Source of the DNA: a virus | Taxonomy: Duplodnaviria; Heunggongvirae; Uroviricota; Caudoviricetes | Strand: one strand, 5' to 3' | Length of the DNA stretch: 35,657 nt | IMG/VR virus record: IMGVR_UViG_2534681762_000014 | In this document: positions 9,124-18,899 of the stretch, one piece after another | Position numbering within the stretch: position 1 is the stretch's first letter | How the letters are laid out: each line of letters starts with the position of its first letter | Position numbers and translations under genes: made by a program | Notes under the pieces: model-generated | What the model was told of the DNA's origin: nothing | Seen by the model: only the letters and a program-made list of their open reading frames with translations | Databases searched by the model: none

Positions 9124-9149
9124 AGCCCGTCAGTAATGGCGGGCTTTTT
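9124..9149 (+). terminator. Rho-independent terminator candidate downstream of the hotspot operon
   Basis: Stem AGCCCGTC/GGCGGGCT with 6-nt loop followed by TTTT. Confidence 0.45.
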
Positions 9150-9193
9150 ACTATCTGGTGCATCTGCATCAAAACCGCCCCATGAAGCGGGCG

Positions 9194-9212
9194 GGCGAGG
9201 CGGGGAAAGCAC
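9194..9212. other. cos: cos site: P2-type 19-nt cohesive-end sequence GGCGAGGCGGGGAAAGCAC
   Basis: Matches the P2 cohesive end as I recall it; located between the hotspot and the portal gene as in P2. Confidence 0.6.
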
Positions 9213-9354
9213 TGCGCGCTGGCGGTGGTGCTGATTTTATTTTTTCAGCGTCTGAGCGCGTCGTGATGGCGTTTAGATTGTGCGTCGGGGCGTTGGTGTA
9301 TCTAAGGGGTGTTTTGTGCGGTGGTGAGCGTGTGAGGGCGTGATGACGGGATGT

Positions 9355-9376
9355 AAAAAAGCCGCCCGCAGGCGGC
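9355..9376 (-). terminator. Rho-independent terminator downstream of Q (minus strand)
   Basis: GC-rich hairpin GCCGCC-CGCA-GGCGGC preceded on the plus strand by A6 (U-run on minus), immediately after the Q stop. Confidence 0.6.
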
Positions 9377-9381
9377 GATGT

Positions 9382-9875
9382 TCAGTCGTTGTCAGTGTCC
9401 AGTGAGTAGTTTTTAAAGCGGATGACCTCCTGACCGAGCCAGCCGTTTATCTCTCGGATCCTGTCCTGTAACGGGATAAGCTCATTGCGGACAAAGACCT
9501 TTGCCACTTTCTCAATATCACCCAGCGACCCGACGTTCTCCGGCTTGCCGCCCATCAACTGAAAGGGGATGCGGTGTGCGTCCAGCAGGTCAGCGGCGCT
9601 GGCTTTTTTGATATTAAAAAAATCGTCCTTCGTTGCCACTTCACTGAGTGGGATAATTTTAATGCCGTCAGCTTTCCCCTGCGGGGCATAGAGAAACAGG
9701 TTTTTAAAGTTGTTGCGGCCTTTCGACTTCACCATGTTTTCGCGAAGCATTTCGATATCGTTGCGATCCTGCACGGCATCGGTGACGTACATGATATATC
9801 CGGCATGTGCGCCATTTTCGTAATACTTGCGGCGGAACAGCGTGGCCGACTCATTCAGCCAGGCAGAGTTAAGGG
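9382..9875 (-). pseudogene. Q: Portal protein Q, C-terminal fragment (gene split by IS66-family insertion)
   Basis: Translation continues the portal sequence (...NSAWLNESATLFRRKYY...) from the fragment at 12575-13123; the apparent Met at 9886-9888 lies inside the IS. Confidence 0.8.
9868..9875. repeat. IS66-family target-site duplication, left copy (GTTAAGGG)
   Basis: Same 8-mer at 12575-12582, flanking the element. Confidence 0.75.
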
Positions 9876-9928
9876 GTAACCGGCTCATTTAAACCGTCTG
9901 GTCTGTTTCCTCCGGCTCTACAAAAATA

Positions 9929-10606
9929 ATGTCCATCATTTTTAATGGACACTATCGTATGAAACACCGGACCTGGATCACTGAAGCTTTACGTCTTCAC
10001 TTTGAAGAACATTTACCCCGGGTTGTGGCCGGGCGTCGCCTGGGTGTACCAAAATCAACAGTTTGTAGTATGTTCGTGCGCTTTCGGAGAGCTGGCCTTT
10101 CGTGGCCTTTGCCCGCAGGCATGTCGGAGCAGGAACTTGATGCCTGCCTTTACGGACAATTTTCCACGGTACCAGTCGTACGTCCTGAAAGCACCGTTAT
10201 ATCCGAAGCCCCCGTGGTAAAAAAACGTCCCCGGCGGCCCAACTTCCCTTATGAGTTTAAAATCGCCTTAGTGGAGCAGTCACTGCAGCCCGGAGCCTGT
10301 GTGGCGCAGATCGCCCGGGAAAACGGAATCAACGATAACCTGCTCTTCAACTGGCGCCATCAATACCGGAAAGGTGGCCTGCTGCCTTCCGGAAAAAATA
10401 TGCCGGCACTGCTTCCCGTGACGTTAACGCCGGAGCCGGATAATAAAATCCCGGCCCCCGCACAGGAACCAGAGCAGATAAATACACCGTCCGACAGTCT
10501 GTGTTGTGAGCTGGTTCTGCCGGCCGGAACTCTCAGGCTTAAAGGTAAACTGACGCCGGCGTTATTACAGACACTTATCCGCGAAATAAAAGGGAGCAGC
10601 CACTGA
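9929..10606 (+). CDS. tnpA: IS66-family accessory protein TnpA (orf1), with an N-terminal HTH-like extension
   Basis: Contains the IS66 orf1 signature (PNFPYEFKIALVEQSLQPGACVAQIARENGINDNLLFNWR); true start may be the downstream Met at 9959. Confidence 0.7.
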   Translation: MSIIFNGHYRMKHRTWITEALRLHFEEHLPRVVAGRRLGVPKSTVCSMFVRFRRAGLSWPLPAGMSEQELDACLYGQFSTVPVVRPESTVISEAPVVKKRPRRPNFPYEFKIALVEQSLQPGACVAQIARENGINDNLLFNWRHQYRKGGLLPSGKNMPALLPVTLTPEPDNKIPAPAQEPEQINTPSDSLCCELVLPAGTLRLKGKLTPALLQTLIREIKGSSH

Positions 10607-10953
10607 TGATATCTCTCCCTGCAGGTTCGCGTATCTGGCTGGTTGCAGGTATCACCGATATGCGAAATGGCTTTAACGGCCTGGCATCAAAAGTTCAGAA
10701 CGTCCTGAAGGATGACCCGTTCTCCGGACACCTGTTCATCTTCCGCGGACGCCGGGGTGACCAGATAAAAGTGTTGTGGGCTGACAGTGACGGACTGTGC
10801 CTCTTCACCAAACGCCTGGAGCGGGGCCGCTTCGTCTGGCCAGTCACCCGTGACGGCAAGGTGCACCTTACTCCGGCTCAGTTATCCATGCTTCTTGAAG
10901 GTATCAACTGGAAGCACCCGAAACGAACGGAACGCGCTGGAATCCGCATATAA
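10606..10953 (+). CDS. tnpB: IS66-family TnpB (orf2), 115 aa
   Basis: Characteristic size and sequence; overlapping stop/start with orf1. Confidence 0.8.
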   Translation: MISLPAGSRIWLVAGITDMRNGFNGLASKVQNVLKDDPFSGHLFIFRGRRGDQIKVLWADSDGLCLFTKRLERGRFVWPVTRDGKVHLTPAQLSMLLEGINWKHPKRTERAGIRI

Positions 10954-10972
10954 CCCGTTGTAAAGTGAGGAT

Positions 10973-12544
10973 ATGGACACCTCACTTGCTCATGAGAACG
11001 CCCGCCTGCGGGCACTGTTGCAGACGCAACAGGACACCATACGCCAGATGGCTGAATACAACCGCCTGCTCTCACAGCGGGTGGCGGCTTATGCTTCCGA
11101 AATCAACCGGCTGAAGGCGCTGGTTGCGAAACTGCAACGTATGCAGTTCGGTAAAAGCTCAGAAAAACTTCGTGCAAAAACCGAACGGCAGATACAGGAA
11201 GCACAGGAGCGAATCAGCGCACTTCAGGAAGAAATGGCGGAAACGCTGGGTGAGCAATATGACCCGGTACTGCCATCCGCCCTGCGCCAGTCTTCAGCCC
11301 GTAAACCGTTACCGGCCTCACTTCCCCGTGAAACCCGGGTTATCCGGCCGGAAGAGGAATGCTGTCCTGCCTGTGGTGGTGAACTCAGTTCTCTGGGATG
11401 TGATGTGTCAGAGCAACTGGAGCTTATCAGCAGCGCCTTTAAGGTTATCGAAACACAACGTCCGAAACTGGCCTGTTGTCGGTGCGACCATATCGTGCAG
11501 GCACCAGTACCTTCAAAACCCATTGCACGCAGTTATGCCGGAGCGGGGCTCCTGGCCCATGTCGTCACCGGAAAATATGCAGACCATCTGCCGTTATACC
11601 GCCAGTCAGAGATATACCGCCGTCAGGGTGTGGAGCTGAGCCGTGCCACACTGGGGCGCTGGACAGGTGCCGTTGCTGAACTACTGGAGCCGCTGTATGA
11701 CGTCCTGCGCCAGTATGTGCTGATGCCCGGTAAAGTCCATGCTGATGATATCCCCGTCCCGGTCCAGGAGCCGGGCAGCGGTAAAACCCGGACAGCCCGG
11801 CTGTGGGTCTACGTCCGTGATGACCGTAACGCCGGTTCACAGATGCCCCCGGCGGTCTGGTTCGCGTACAGTCCGGACCGGAAAGGTATCCATCCACAAA
11901 ATCACCTGGCCGGTTACAGCGGTGTGCTTCAGGCCGATGCTTACGGTGGTTACCGGGCGTTATACGAATCCGGCAGAATAACGGAAGCCGCGTGTATGGC
12001 TCATGCCCGGAGAAAAATCCACGATGTGCATGCAAGAGCGCCCACCTACATCACCACGGAAGCCCTGCAGCGTATCGGTGAACTGTATGCCATCGAGGCA
12101 GAGGTCCGGTGCTGTTCAGCAGAACAGCGTCTGGCGGCAAGAAAAGCCAGAGCCGCGCCACTGATGCAGTCACTGTATGACTGGATACAGCAACAGATGA
12201 AAACACTGTCGCGTCACTCAGATACGGCAAAAGCGTTCGCATACCTGCTGAAACAGTGGGATGCACTGAACGTGTACTGCAGTAATGGCTGGGTGGAAAT
12301 CGACAACAACATCGCAGAGAACGCCTTACGGGGAGTGGCCGTAGGCCGGAAAAACTGGATGTTCGCGGGTTCCGACAGCGGTGGTGAACATGCGGCGGTG
12401 TTGTACTCGCTGATCGGCACATGCCGTCTGAACAATGTGGAGCCAGAAAAGTGGCTGCGTTACGTCATTGAACATATCCAGGACTGGCCGGCAAACCGGG
12501 TACGCGATCTGTTGCCCTGGAAAGTTGATCTGAGCTCTCAGTAA
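10973..12544 (+). CDS. tnpC: IS66-family transposase TnpC, 523 aa
   Basis: Characteristic size; N-terminal coiled coil, CxxC-type zinc-finger region, DDE core. Confidence 0.85.
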   Translation: MDTSLAHENARLRALLQTQQDTIRQMAEYNRLLSQRVAAYASEINRLKALVAKLQRMQFGKSSEKLRAKTERQIQEAQERISALQEEMAETLGEQYDPVLPSALRQSSARKPLPASLPRETRVIRPEEECCPACGGELSSLGCDVSEQLELISSAFKVIETQRPKLACCRCDHIVQAPVPSKPIARSYAGAGLLAHVVTGKYADHLPLYRQSEIYRRQGVELSRATLGRWTGAVAELLEPLYDVLRQYVLMPGKVHADDIPVPVQEPGSGKTRTARLWVYVRDDRNAGSQMPPAVWFAYSPDRKGIHPQNHLAGYSGVLQADAYGGYRALYESGRITEAACMAHARRKIHDVHARAPTYITTEALQRIGELYAIEAEVRCCSAEQRLAARKARAAPLMQSLYDWIQQQMKTLSRHSDTAKAFAYLLKQWDALNVYCSNGWVEIDNNIAENALRGVAVGRKNWMFAGSDSGGEHAAVLYSLIGTCRLNNVEPEKWLRYVIEHIQDWPANRVRDLLPWKVDLSSQ

Positions 12545-12574
12545 ATATCAATACGGTTCTGACGAGTCGCTTAC

Positions 12575-12582
12575 GTTAAGGG
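12575..12582. repeat. IS66-family target-site duplication, right copy (GTTAAGGG)
   Basis: Exact match to 9868-9875. Confidence 0.75.
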
Positions 12583-13123
12583 CGCTGAGATATTCCGGCA
12601 GGCCGTACAGCTCCTGATTAATATCCGGCTCCAGCAGGTGAAACACGGAGCCGGGTGCGAAGGCTGTCGGCTCGTTGAAGGACGGCACCCACCAGTAAAC
12701 ATCCTCCTCCACACCACGGCGGGTATATTTTGCCGGTGAGGTTTCCAGTCTGATGACCTTACCGGTGGTGCTGTAACGCTTTTCCAGAAACGCATTACCG
12801 AACACCAGAAAATCCAGCACAAAGCGGCTGAAATCCTGCTGGGAAAGCCACGGGTGCGGAATAAACGTTGAAGCCAGAATATTACGTTTGACGTAAATCG
12901 GTGAGCTGTGATGCACGGCAGCACGCAGGCTTTTTGCCAGACCGGTAAAGCTGACCGGTGGCTCATACCATCTGCCGTTACTGATGCACTCGACGTAATC
13001 CAGAATGTCACGGCGGTCGAGTACCGGCACCGGCTCACCAAAGGTGAATGCCTCCATTTTTGGGGCACTGGCAGTCATTTTTTTTGCCGCAGGTTGCGGT
13101 GTTTTCCCTTTTTTCTTGCTCAT
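12575..13123 (-). pseudogene. Q: Portal protein Q, N-terminal fragment
   Basis: Starts MSKKKGKTPQPAAKKMTA...; the last 9 codons of the listed ORF (to 12548) are IS-derived. Confidence 0.8.
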
Positions 13124-14895
13124 CAGTAAAACTCCAGAATGGTGGATGTCAGCGGGGTGCTGATACCGGCGGTGAGTGGCTCATTTAACAGGGCGTGCAT
13201 GGTCGCCCAGGCGAGGTCGGCGTGGCTGGCTTCCTCGCTGCGGCTGGCCTCATAGGTGGCGCTGCGTCCGCTGCTGGTCATGGTCTTGCGGATAGCCATA
13301 AACGAGCTGGTGATGTCGGTGGCGCTGACGTCATATTCCAGACAGCCACGACGGATAACGTCTTTTGCCTTGAGCACCATTGCGGTTTTCATTTCCGGTG
13401 TGTAGCGGATATCGCGCGCGGCGGGATAGAACGAGCGCACGAGCTGGAACACGCCGACACCGAGGCCGGTGGCATCAATACCGATGTATTCGACGTTGTA
13501 TTTTTCGGTGAGTTTGCGGATGGATTCAGCCTGGGTGGCAAAGTCCATGCCTTTCCACTGGTGACGCTCAAGTATTCTGAATTTGCCACCGGCCACCACC
13601 GGCGGTGCCAGCACCACGCATCCGGCACTGTCGCCACGGTGTGACGGGTCGTAACCAATCCAGACCGGGCGGGAGCCGAACGGATTCGCGGCAAACGGCG
13701 CATAGTCTTCCCATTCTTCCAGCGTGTCGACCATGCAGCGTTGCAGCTCCTCGAACGGGAATACCGACGCCTTGTCGTCAACAAATTCACACATGAACAG
13801 GTTTTTAAAATCGTCGGCGCTGTTTTCGCGTTTAAGCTGCTCAATGTCGAACAGCGTGCAGCCACCTTTCAGGGCGTCCTCAATGGTGACAATCTGCCGC
13901 CACTGGCCGTCCGCACAGAGAAGCCCACCGGCAAGGGCGTTATGACTGACGTCGATTTCCACGCGTTCGGCGGCGCTGGCGCGTCCCCGGTTGAACAGTT
14001 CACCCGACCAGAACGGATAGGCGTCGTGCGCCAGCGTGGACGGGGTGGAGAAATAGGTCGAGCGCAGGTGACTCTGTGAGGCCATACCTGATGCCACCTT
14101 ACGCAGTACCTGAAAATTCGGGATCCAGAAAATCTCGTCGACGTACAGGTCACCGTTATGGCTCTGTGCGGTGTTGGAGTTGGTGCCGAGAAAAATCAGT
14201 TTTGCGCCGTTATTGCCCAGGACAATCGGGTCACCGGTCAGGTCAACGTCAACCAGCCGGGCAAAGGCGATGATGTATTCGCGGAACACATACGCCTGCG
14301 TTTTACTGGCCGACAGAAAAATCTGGTTATGACCGGTTTTCAGGGCGCGCAGCAGCGCCTCGCGGGAAAAATAAAACGTTGCGCCAATCTGGCGGGATTT
14401 CAGGATATCGCGGATGCGGTGCTCAAGCCCGGCGCGATACCAGTGCAACTGATATTCGAAAGACTGCTCAAAGAAAATCTGCTCCAGCTTTTCGATGGCC
14501 TCGTCACTGAAAAAATTCTTTTTCGGTTTGCGACGCCCGCCTTTGTTGCGGTTAGCGACGTTCGGATTAAGGTCTGCCTCGTTGCCGGTCTGACTGTAAC
14601 GGTTGACCCGTGCCAGTCGTTCAATCTGGCGTCCGAGCAGGTCAATTTCCTTGAAGTCACCGCCGGTTTTCTGCGGTTTGATGATGAGCTGGGTCAGTCG
14701 CGCTTCCAGACTCATTTCGACACGGCTGATGGGGGCAACGTTGTCCCAGCCGTCGCGCTGTTTCCAGCTCTGCACCGTCGGGCGTTTCATCTGCAACATG
14801 GCGGCAATCTGCGGCACGGAAAACCCCTGCCAGTACAGCAGCGCCGCCTGACGACGCGGGTCGTGTAAAAGAGTGGTGTCTGTGGTGATGGTCAT
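13123..14895 (-). CDS. P: Terminase large (ATPase) subunit
   Basis: About 590-aa protein matching P2 gpP size and position; stop overlaps the Q start (ATGA). Confidence 0.85.
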   Translation of the reverse strand: MTITTDTTLLHDPRRQAALLYWQGFSVPQIAAMLQMKRPTVQSWKQRDGWDNVAPISRVEMSLEARLTQLIIKPQKTGGDFKEIDLLGRQIERLARVNRYSQTGNEADLNPNVANRNKGGRRKPKKNFFSDEAIEKLEQIFFEQSFEYQLHWYRAGLEHRIRDILKSRQIGATFYFSREALLRALKTGHNQIFLSASKTQAYVFREYIIAFARLVDVDLTGDPIVLGNNGAKLIFLGTNSNTAQSHNGDLYVDEIFWIPNFQVLRKVASGMASQSHLRSTYFSTPSTLAHDAYPFWSGELFNRGRASAAERVEIDVSHNALAGGLLCADGQWRQIVTIEDALKGGCTLFDIEQLKRENSADDFKNLFMCEFVDDKASVFPFEELQRCMVDTLEEWEDYAPFAANPFGSRPVWIGYDPSHRGDSAGCVVLAPPVVAGGKFRILERHQWKGMDFATQAESIRKLTEKYNVEYIGIDATGLGVGVFQLVRSFYPAARDIRYTPEMKTAMVLKAKDVIRRGCLEYDVSATDITSSFMAIRKTMTSSGRSATYEASRSEEASHADLAWATMHALLNEPLTAGISTPLTSTILEFY

Positions 14896-15068
14896 GAATA
14901 CCTCGCCGTGATGAATACACGGCAAGGCTACTGAGTCGCGACCTGCGATTCGCTAAGGTGCTGTTGTGTCAGTGATAAGCCATCCGGGACTGATGGCGGA
15001 GGATGCGCATCGTCGGGAAACTGATGCCGACATGTGACTCCTCTAATCACTATTCAGGACTCCTGACA

Positions 15069-15923
15069 ATGGCAAAAAAAGTCTCAAAATTCTTTCGTAT
15101 CGGCGTTGAGGGTGACACCTGTGACGGGCGTGTCATCAGTGCGCAGGATATTCAGGAAATGGCCGAAACCTTTGACCCGCGAGTCTATGGTTGCCGCATT
15201 AACCTGGAACATCTGCGCGGCGTCCTGCCTGACGGTATTTTTAAGCGTTATGGCGATGTGGTCGAACTGAAGGCCGAAAAGATTGACGATGATTCGGCGC
15301 TGAAAGGCAAATGGGCGCTGTTTGCGAAAATCACCCCGACCGATGACCTTATCGCGATGAACAAGGCCGCGCAGAAGGTCTATACCTCAATGGAAATTCA
15401 GCCGAACTTTGCCAATACCGGCAAATGTTATTTGGTGGGTCTGGCCGTCACCGATGACCCGGCAAGCCTCGGCACGGAATACCTGGAATTCTGCCGCACG
15501 GCAAAACACAACCCCCTGAACCGCTTCAAATTAAGCCCTGAAAACCTGATTTCAGTGGCAACGCCCGTTGAGCTGGAATTTGAAGACCTGCCTGAAACCG
15601 TGTTCACCGCCCTGACCGAAAAGGTGAAGTCCATTTTTGGCCGCAAACAGGCCAGCGATGACGCCCGTCTGAATGACGTGCATGAAGCGGTGACCGCTGT
15701 TGCTGAACATGTGCAGGAAAAACTGAGCGCCACTGAGCAGCGCCTCGCTGAGATGGAAACCGCTTTTTCCGCACTTAAGCAGGATGTGACTGACAGGGCG
15801 GATGAAACCAGCCAGGCATTCACCCGCCTGAAAAACAGTCTCGACCACACCGAAAGTCTGACCCAGCAGCGCCGCAGCAAGGCCACCGGTGGTGGCGGTG
15901 ACGCCCTGATGACGAACTGCTGA
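15069..15923 (+). CDS. O: Capsid scaffolding protein
   Basis: 284 aa; divergent from P across a roughly 170-bp late promoter region; P2 gpO position and size. Confidence 0.8.
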   Translation: MAKKVSKFFRIGVEGDTCDGRVISAQDIQEMAETFDPRVYGCRINLEHLRGVLPDGIFKRYGDVVELKAEKIDDDSALKGKWALFAKITPTDDLIAMNKAAQKVYTSMEIQPNFANTGKCYLVGLAVTDDPASLGTEYLEFCRTAKHNPLNRFKLSPENLISVATPVELEFEDLPETVFTALTEKVKSIFGRKQASDDARLNDVHEAVTAVAEHVQEKLSATEQRLAEMETAFSALKQDVTDRADETSQAFTRLKNSLDHTESLTQQRRSKATGGGGDALMTNC

Positions 15924-15981
15924 CCGGCGTCAGTCAGTCCGGGAAAACCTTCACGATTAACCCTTAATTTCAGGAAAAACT

Positions 15982-17055
15982 ATGCGCCAGGAAACCCGCT
16001 TTAAATTTAATGCCTACCTGTCCCGTGTTGCCGAACTGAACGGCATCGACGCCGGTGATGTGTCGAAAAAATTCACCGTTGAACCGTCGGTCACCCAGAC
16101 CCTGATGAACACCATGCAGGAGTCCTCTGACTTTCTGACCCGCATCAACATTGTGCCGGTCAGCGAAATGAAAGGGGAAAAAATTGGCATCGGTGTCACC
16201 GGCTCCATCGCCAGCACCACCGACACCGCCGGTGGCACCGAGCGTCAGCCGAAGGACTTCTCGAAGCTGGCGTCAAACAAGTACGAATGCGACCAGATTA
16301 ACTTCGATTTTTATATCCGCTACAAAACGCTGGACCTGTGGGCGCGTTATCAGGATTTCCAGCTCCGTGTCCGTAACGCCATTATCAAACGCCAGTCCCT
16401 TGATTTAATCATGGCCGGTTTTAACGGCGTGAGGCGTGCCGAAACCTCTGACCGCAGCAGTAATCCGATGCTACAGGATGTGGCGGTCGGCTGGCTGCAG
16501 AAATACCGCAATGAAGCACCGGCGCGCGTGATGAGCAAGGTCACTGACGAGGAAGGGCACACCACCTCTGAGGTTATCCGCGTGGGTAAGGGCGGTGATT
16601 ATGCCAGCCTTGATGCACTGGTGATGGATGCGACCAACAACCTGATTGAGCCGTGGTATCAGGAAGACCCTGACCTTGTGGTGATTGTGGGGCGTCAGCT
16701 ACTGGCGGACAAGTATTTCCCCATCGTTAACAAAGAGCAGGACAACAGCGAAATGCTGGCCGCTGACGTCATCATCAGCCAGAAACGCATCGGTAACCTG
16801 CCGGCGGTACGCGTCCCGTACTTCCCGGCGGATGCGATGCTCATCACAAAGCTGGAAAACCTGTCCATCTACTACATGGATGACAGCCATCGCCGCGTGA
16901 TTGAGGAAAACCCGAAACTCGACCGCGTGGAGAACTACGAGTCAATGAACATTGATTACGTGGTGGAAGACTACGCCGCCGGTTGTCTGGTGGAAAAAAT
17001 TAAGGTCGGTGATTTCTCCACACTGGCTAAAGCGACCGCAGAGCCGGGAGCGTAA
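15982..17055 (+). CDS. N: Major capsid protein
   Basis: 357 aa, P2 gpN size and position. Confidence 0.85.
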   Translation: MRQETRFKFNAYLSRVAELNGIDAGDVSKKFTVEPSVTQTLMNTMQESSDFLTRINIVPVSEMKGEKIGIGVTGSIASTTDTAGGTERQPKDFSKLASNKYECDQINFDFYIRYKTLDLWARYQDFQLRVRNAIIKRQSLDLIMAGFNGVRRAETSDRSSNPMLQDVAVGWLQKYRNEAPARVMSKVTDEEGHTTSEVIRVGKGGDYASLDALVMDATNNLIEPWYQEDPDLVVIVGRQLLADKYFPIVNKEQDNSEMLAADVIISQKRIGNLPAVRVPYFPADAMLITKLENLSIYYMDDSHRRVIEENPKLDRVENYESMNIDYVVEDYAAGCLVEKIKVGDFSTLAKATAEPGA

Positions 17056-17058
17056 CCG

Positions 17059-17802
17059 ATGACGAGTCCCGCACAGCGCCACATGATGCGGGTCTCGGCA
17101 GCGATGACCGCGCAGCGGGAAGCCGCCCCGCTGCGACATGCAACTGTCTATGAGCAGATGCTGGTTAAGCTCGCCGCAGACCAGCGCACACTGAAAGCGA
17201 TTTATTCAAAAGAGCTGAAGGCCGCGAAAAAACGCGAACTGCTGCCGTTCTGGTTGCCGTGGGTGAACGGCGTGCTGGAGCAGGGCAAAGGTGCACAGGA
17301 TGACATTCTGATGACGGTCATGCTGTGGCGTCTGGATACCGGCGATATTGCCGGTGCGCTGGAGATTGCCCGTTATGCCCTGAAGTACGGTCTGACCATG
17401 CCGGGTAAACACCGCCGCACCCCGCCGTACATGTTCACCGAGGAGGTGGCGCTCGCGGCCATGCGCGCTCACGCTGCCGGTGAGTCTGTGGATACCCGCC
17501 TGCTGACGGAGACCCTTGAACTGACCGCCACGGCTGACATGCCTGATGAAGTGCGCGCAAAGCTGCACAAAATCACCGGTCTGTTTCTGCGTGACGGTGG
17601 TGATGCCGCCGGTGCGCTGGCACACCTGCAACGTGCGACACAGCTCGACTGTCAGGCAGGTGTCAAAAAAGAGATTGAACGACTGGAGCGGGAGCTGAAA
17701 CCGAAGCCGGAGCCGCAGCCCAAAGCGGCCACCCGCGCCCCGCGTAAGACCCGGAGCGTGACACCGGCAAAACGTGGACGCCCGAAAAAGAAAGCCAGTT
17801 AA
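17059..17802 (+). CDS. M: Terminase small/endonuclease subunit
   Basis: 247 aa, P2 gpM size and position; basic C-terminal tail. Confidence 0.8.
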   Translation: MTSPAQRHMMRVSAAMTAQREAAPLRHATVYEQMLVKLAADQRTLKAIYSKELKAAKKRELLPFWLPWVNGVLEQGKGAQDDILMTVMLWRLDTGDIAGALEIARYALKYGLTMPGKHRRTPPYMFTEEVALAAMRAHAAGESVDTRLLTETLELTATADMPDEVRAKLHKITGLFLRDGGDAAGALAHLQRATQLDCQAGVKKEIERLERELKPKPEPQPKAATRAPRKTRSVTPAKRGRPKKKAS

Positions 17803-17901
17803 CAACCGAATGCGCCCCGCGCCAGGGCGGCACGCCGGTCAGTGTGGGTGAATCACCTGACACTGTACCGGCGTCCACCGCCCGACTTTTCTGAGGTAGT
17901 C

Positions 17902-18411
17902 ATGATGACGCTGATTATTCCGCGAAAGGAGGCTCCCGTGTCCGGTGAGGGTACGGTGGTCATCCCGCAACCGGCAGGCGACGAGCCGGTGATTAAAAAC
18001 ACGTTCTTTTTTCCCGATATCGACCCGAAGCGCGTCCGGGAACGTATGCGCCTTGAGCAGACCGTCGCCCCCGCCCGTCTGCGTGAGGCCATCAAGTCAG
18101 GCATGGCGGAGACGAATGCGGAGCTGTACGAGTACCGCGAACAGAAAATTGCCGCTGGTTTTACGCGTCTGGCTGACGTCCCGGCAGACGATATCGACGG
18201 TGAAAGCATCAAGGTTTTTTACTACGAGCGCGCCGTGTGTGCGATGGCGACCGCGTCGCTTTATGAGCGTTATCGCGGCGTGGATGCCAGTGCGAAAGGC
18301 GACAAGAAGGCCGACAGCATTGACAGCACCATTGATGAACTGTGGCGGGATATGCGCTGGGCGGTGGCGCGTATCCAGGACAAGCCGCGCTGCATCGTGA
18401 GTCAAATCTGA
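17902..18411 (+). CDS. L: Head completion/stabilisation protein
   Basis: 169 aa from the ATG at 17902 (MMTLIIPRKE); P2 gpL. Confidence 0.75.
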   Translation: MMTLIIPRKEAPVSGEGTVVIPQPAGDEPVIKNTFFFPDIDPKRVRERMRLEQTVAPARLREAIKSGMAETNAELYEYREQKIAAGFTRLADVPADDIDGESIKVFYYERAVCAMATASLYERYRGVDASAKGDKKADSIDSTIDELWRDMRWAVARIQDKPRCIVSQI

Positions 18412-18614
18412 TGAAGACCTTTGCGCTACAGGGCGACACGCTCGACGCCATTTGTGTCCGGTATTACGGGCGCACTGAGGGCGTGGTTGAGACCGTGCTC
18501 GCCGCAAATCCGGGACTGGCTGAACTGGGTGCGGTGCTGCCGCACGGTACCGCCGTCGAACTGCCCGACGTTCAGACCGCGCCCGTGGCTGAAACTGTCA
18601 ATCTGTGGGAGTAA
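18411..18614 (+). CDS. X: Tail protein X
   Basis: 67 aa; start overlaps the L stop; P2 gpX position. Confidence 0.7.
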   Translation: MKTFALQGDTLDAICVRYYGRTEGVVETVLAANPGLAELGAVLPHGTAVELPDVQTAPVAETVNLWE

Positions 18615-18617
18615 CGC

Positions 18618-18899
18618 ATGACAGCAGAAGAAAAAAGCGTCCTGTCGCTTTTCATGATTGGGGTGCTGATTGTTGTCGGCAAGGTGCTTGCCGGTGGTGA
18701 ACCCATCACCCCGCGTCTGTTTATCGGGCGCATGTTGCTCGGTGGTTTTGTCTCGATGGTTGCCGGTGTTGTTCTGGTGCAGTTTCCTGACCTGTCACTG
18801 CCTGCGGTGTGCGGCATCGGCTCCATGCTGGGTATCGCCGGTTATCAGGTGATTGAGATTGCCATTCAGCGCCGCTTTAAGGGCAGGGGGAAACCGTAA
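18618..18899 (+). CDS. Y: Holin
   Basis: 93 aa with hydrophobic transmembrane segments and a charged C-terminus; P2 gpY position. Confidence 0.75.
   Translation: MTAEEKSVLSLFMIGVLIVVGKVLAGGEPITPRLFIGRMLLGGFVSMVAGVVLVQFPDLSLPAVCGIGSMLGIAGYQVIEIAIQRRFKGRGKP

Larger units (their letters stand above)
9876..12574 (+). mobile_element. IS66-family insertion sequence, about 2.7 kb, three ORFs
   Basis: Termini begin GTAA(C/G)CG (left GTAACCGGCTCATTTAAACCGT, right reverse-complement GTAAGCGACTCGTCAGAACCGT); tnpA/tnpB/tnpC arrangement; 8-bp duplication; removal restores a 344-aa portal. Confidence 0.85.

Noticed and set aside
5779-9193. Looked for P2 tin and old genes in the hotspot
   Set aside because: Neither is present; the locus is occupied by the peptidase/PIN-like pair and IS10.
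11124-12035. Several ORFs (171 aa plus, 156 aa minus, others) inside the IS66-family transposase gene
   Set aside because: Alternative or antisense frames of a GC-rich transposase gene; the 523-aa TnpC frame is the recognisable one.
14158-14868. 236-aa plus-strand ORF (and neighbouring 13741-14079, 13195-13644) inside terminase gene P
   Set aside because: Antisense frames within a P2-like terminase; no recognisable motif.
14896-15068. Searched the divergent P/O late-promoter region for Ogr-type TGT-N12-ACA sites
   Set aside because: No exact TGT-N12-ACA match found by eye; the region is still expected to hold the divergent late promoters but I cannot place the sites.
17206-17805. 199-aa minus-strand ORF overlapping terminase small subunit M
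   Set aside because: Antisense shadow ORF, Arg/Gly-rich, overlapping a conserved gene.
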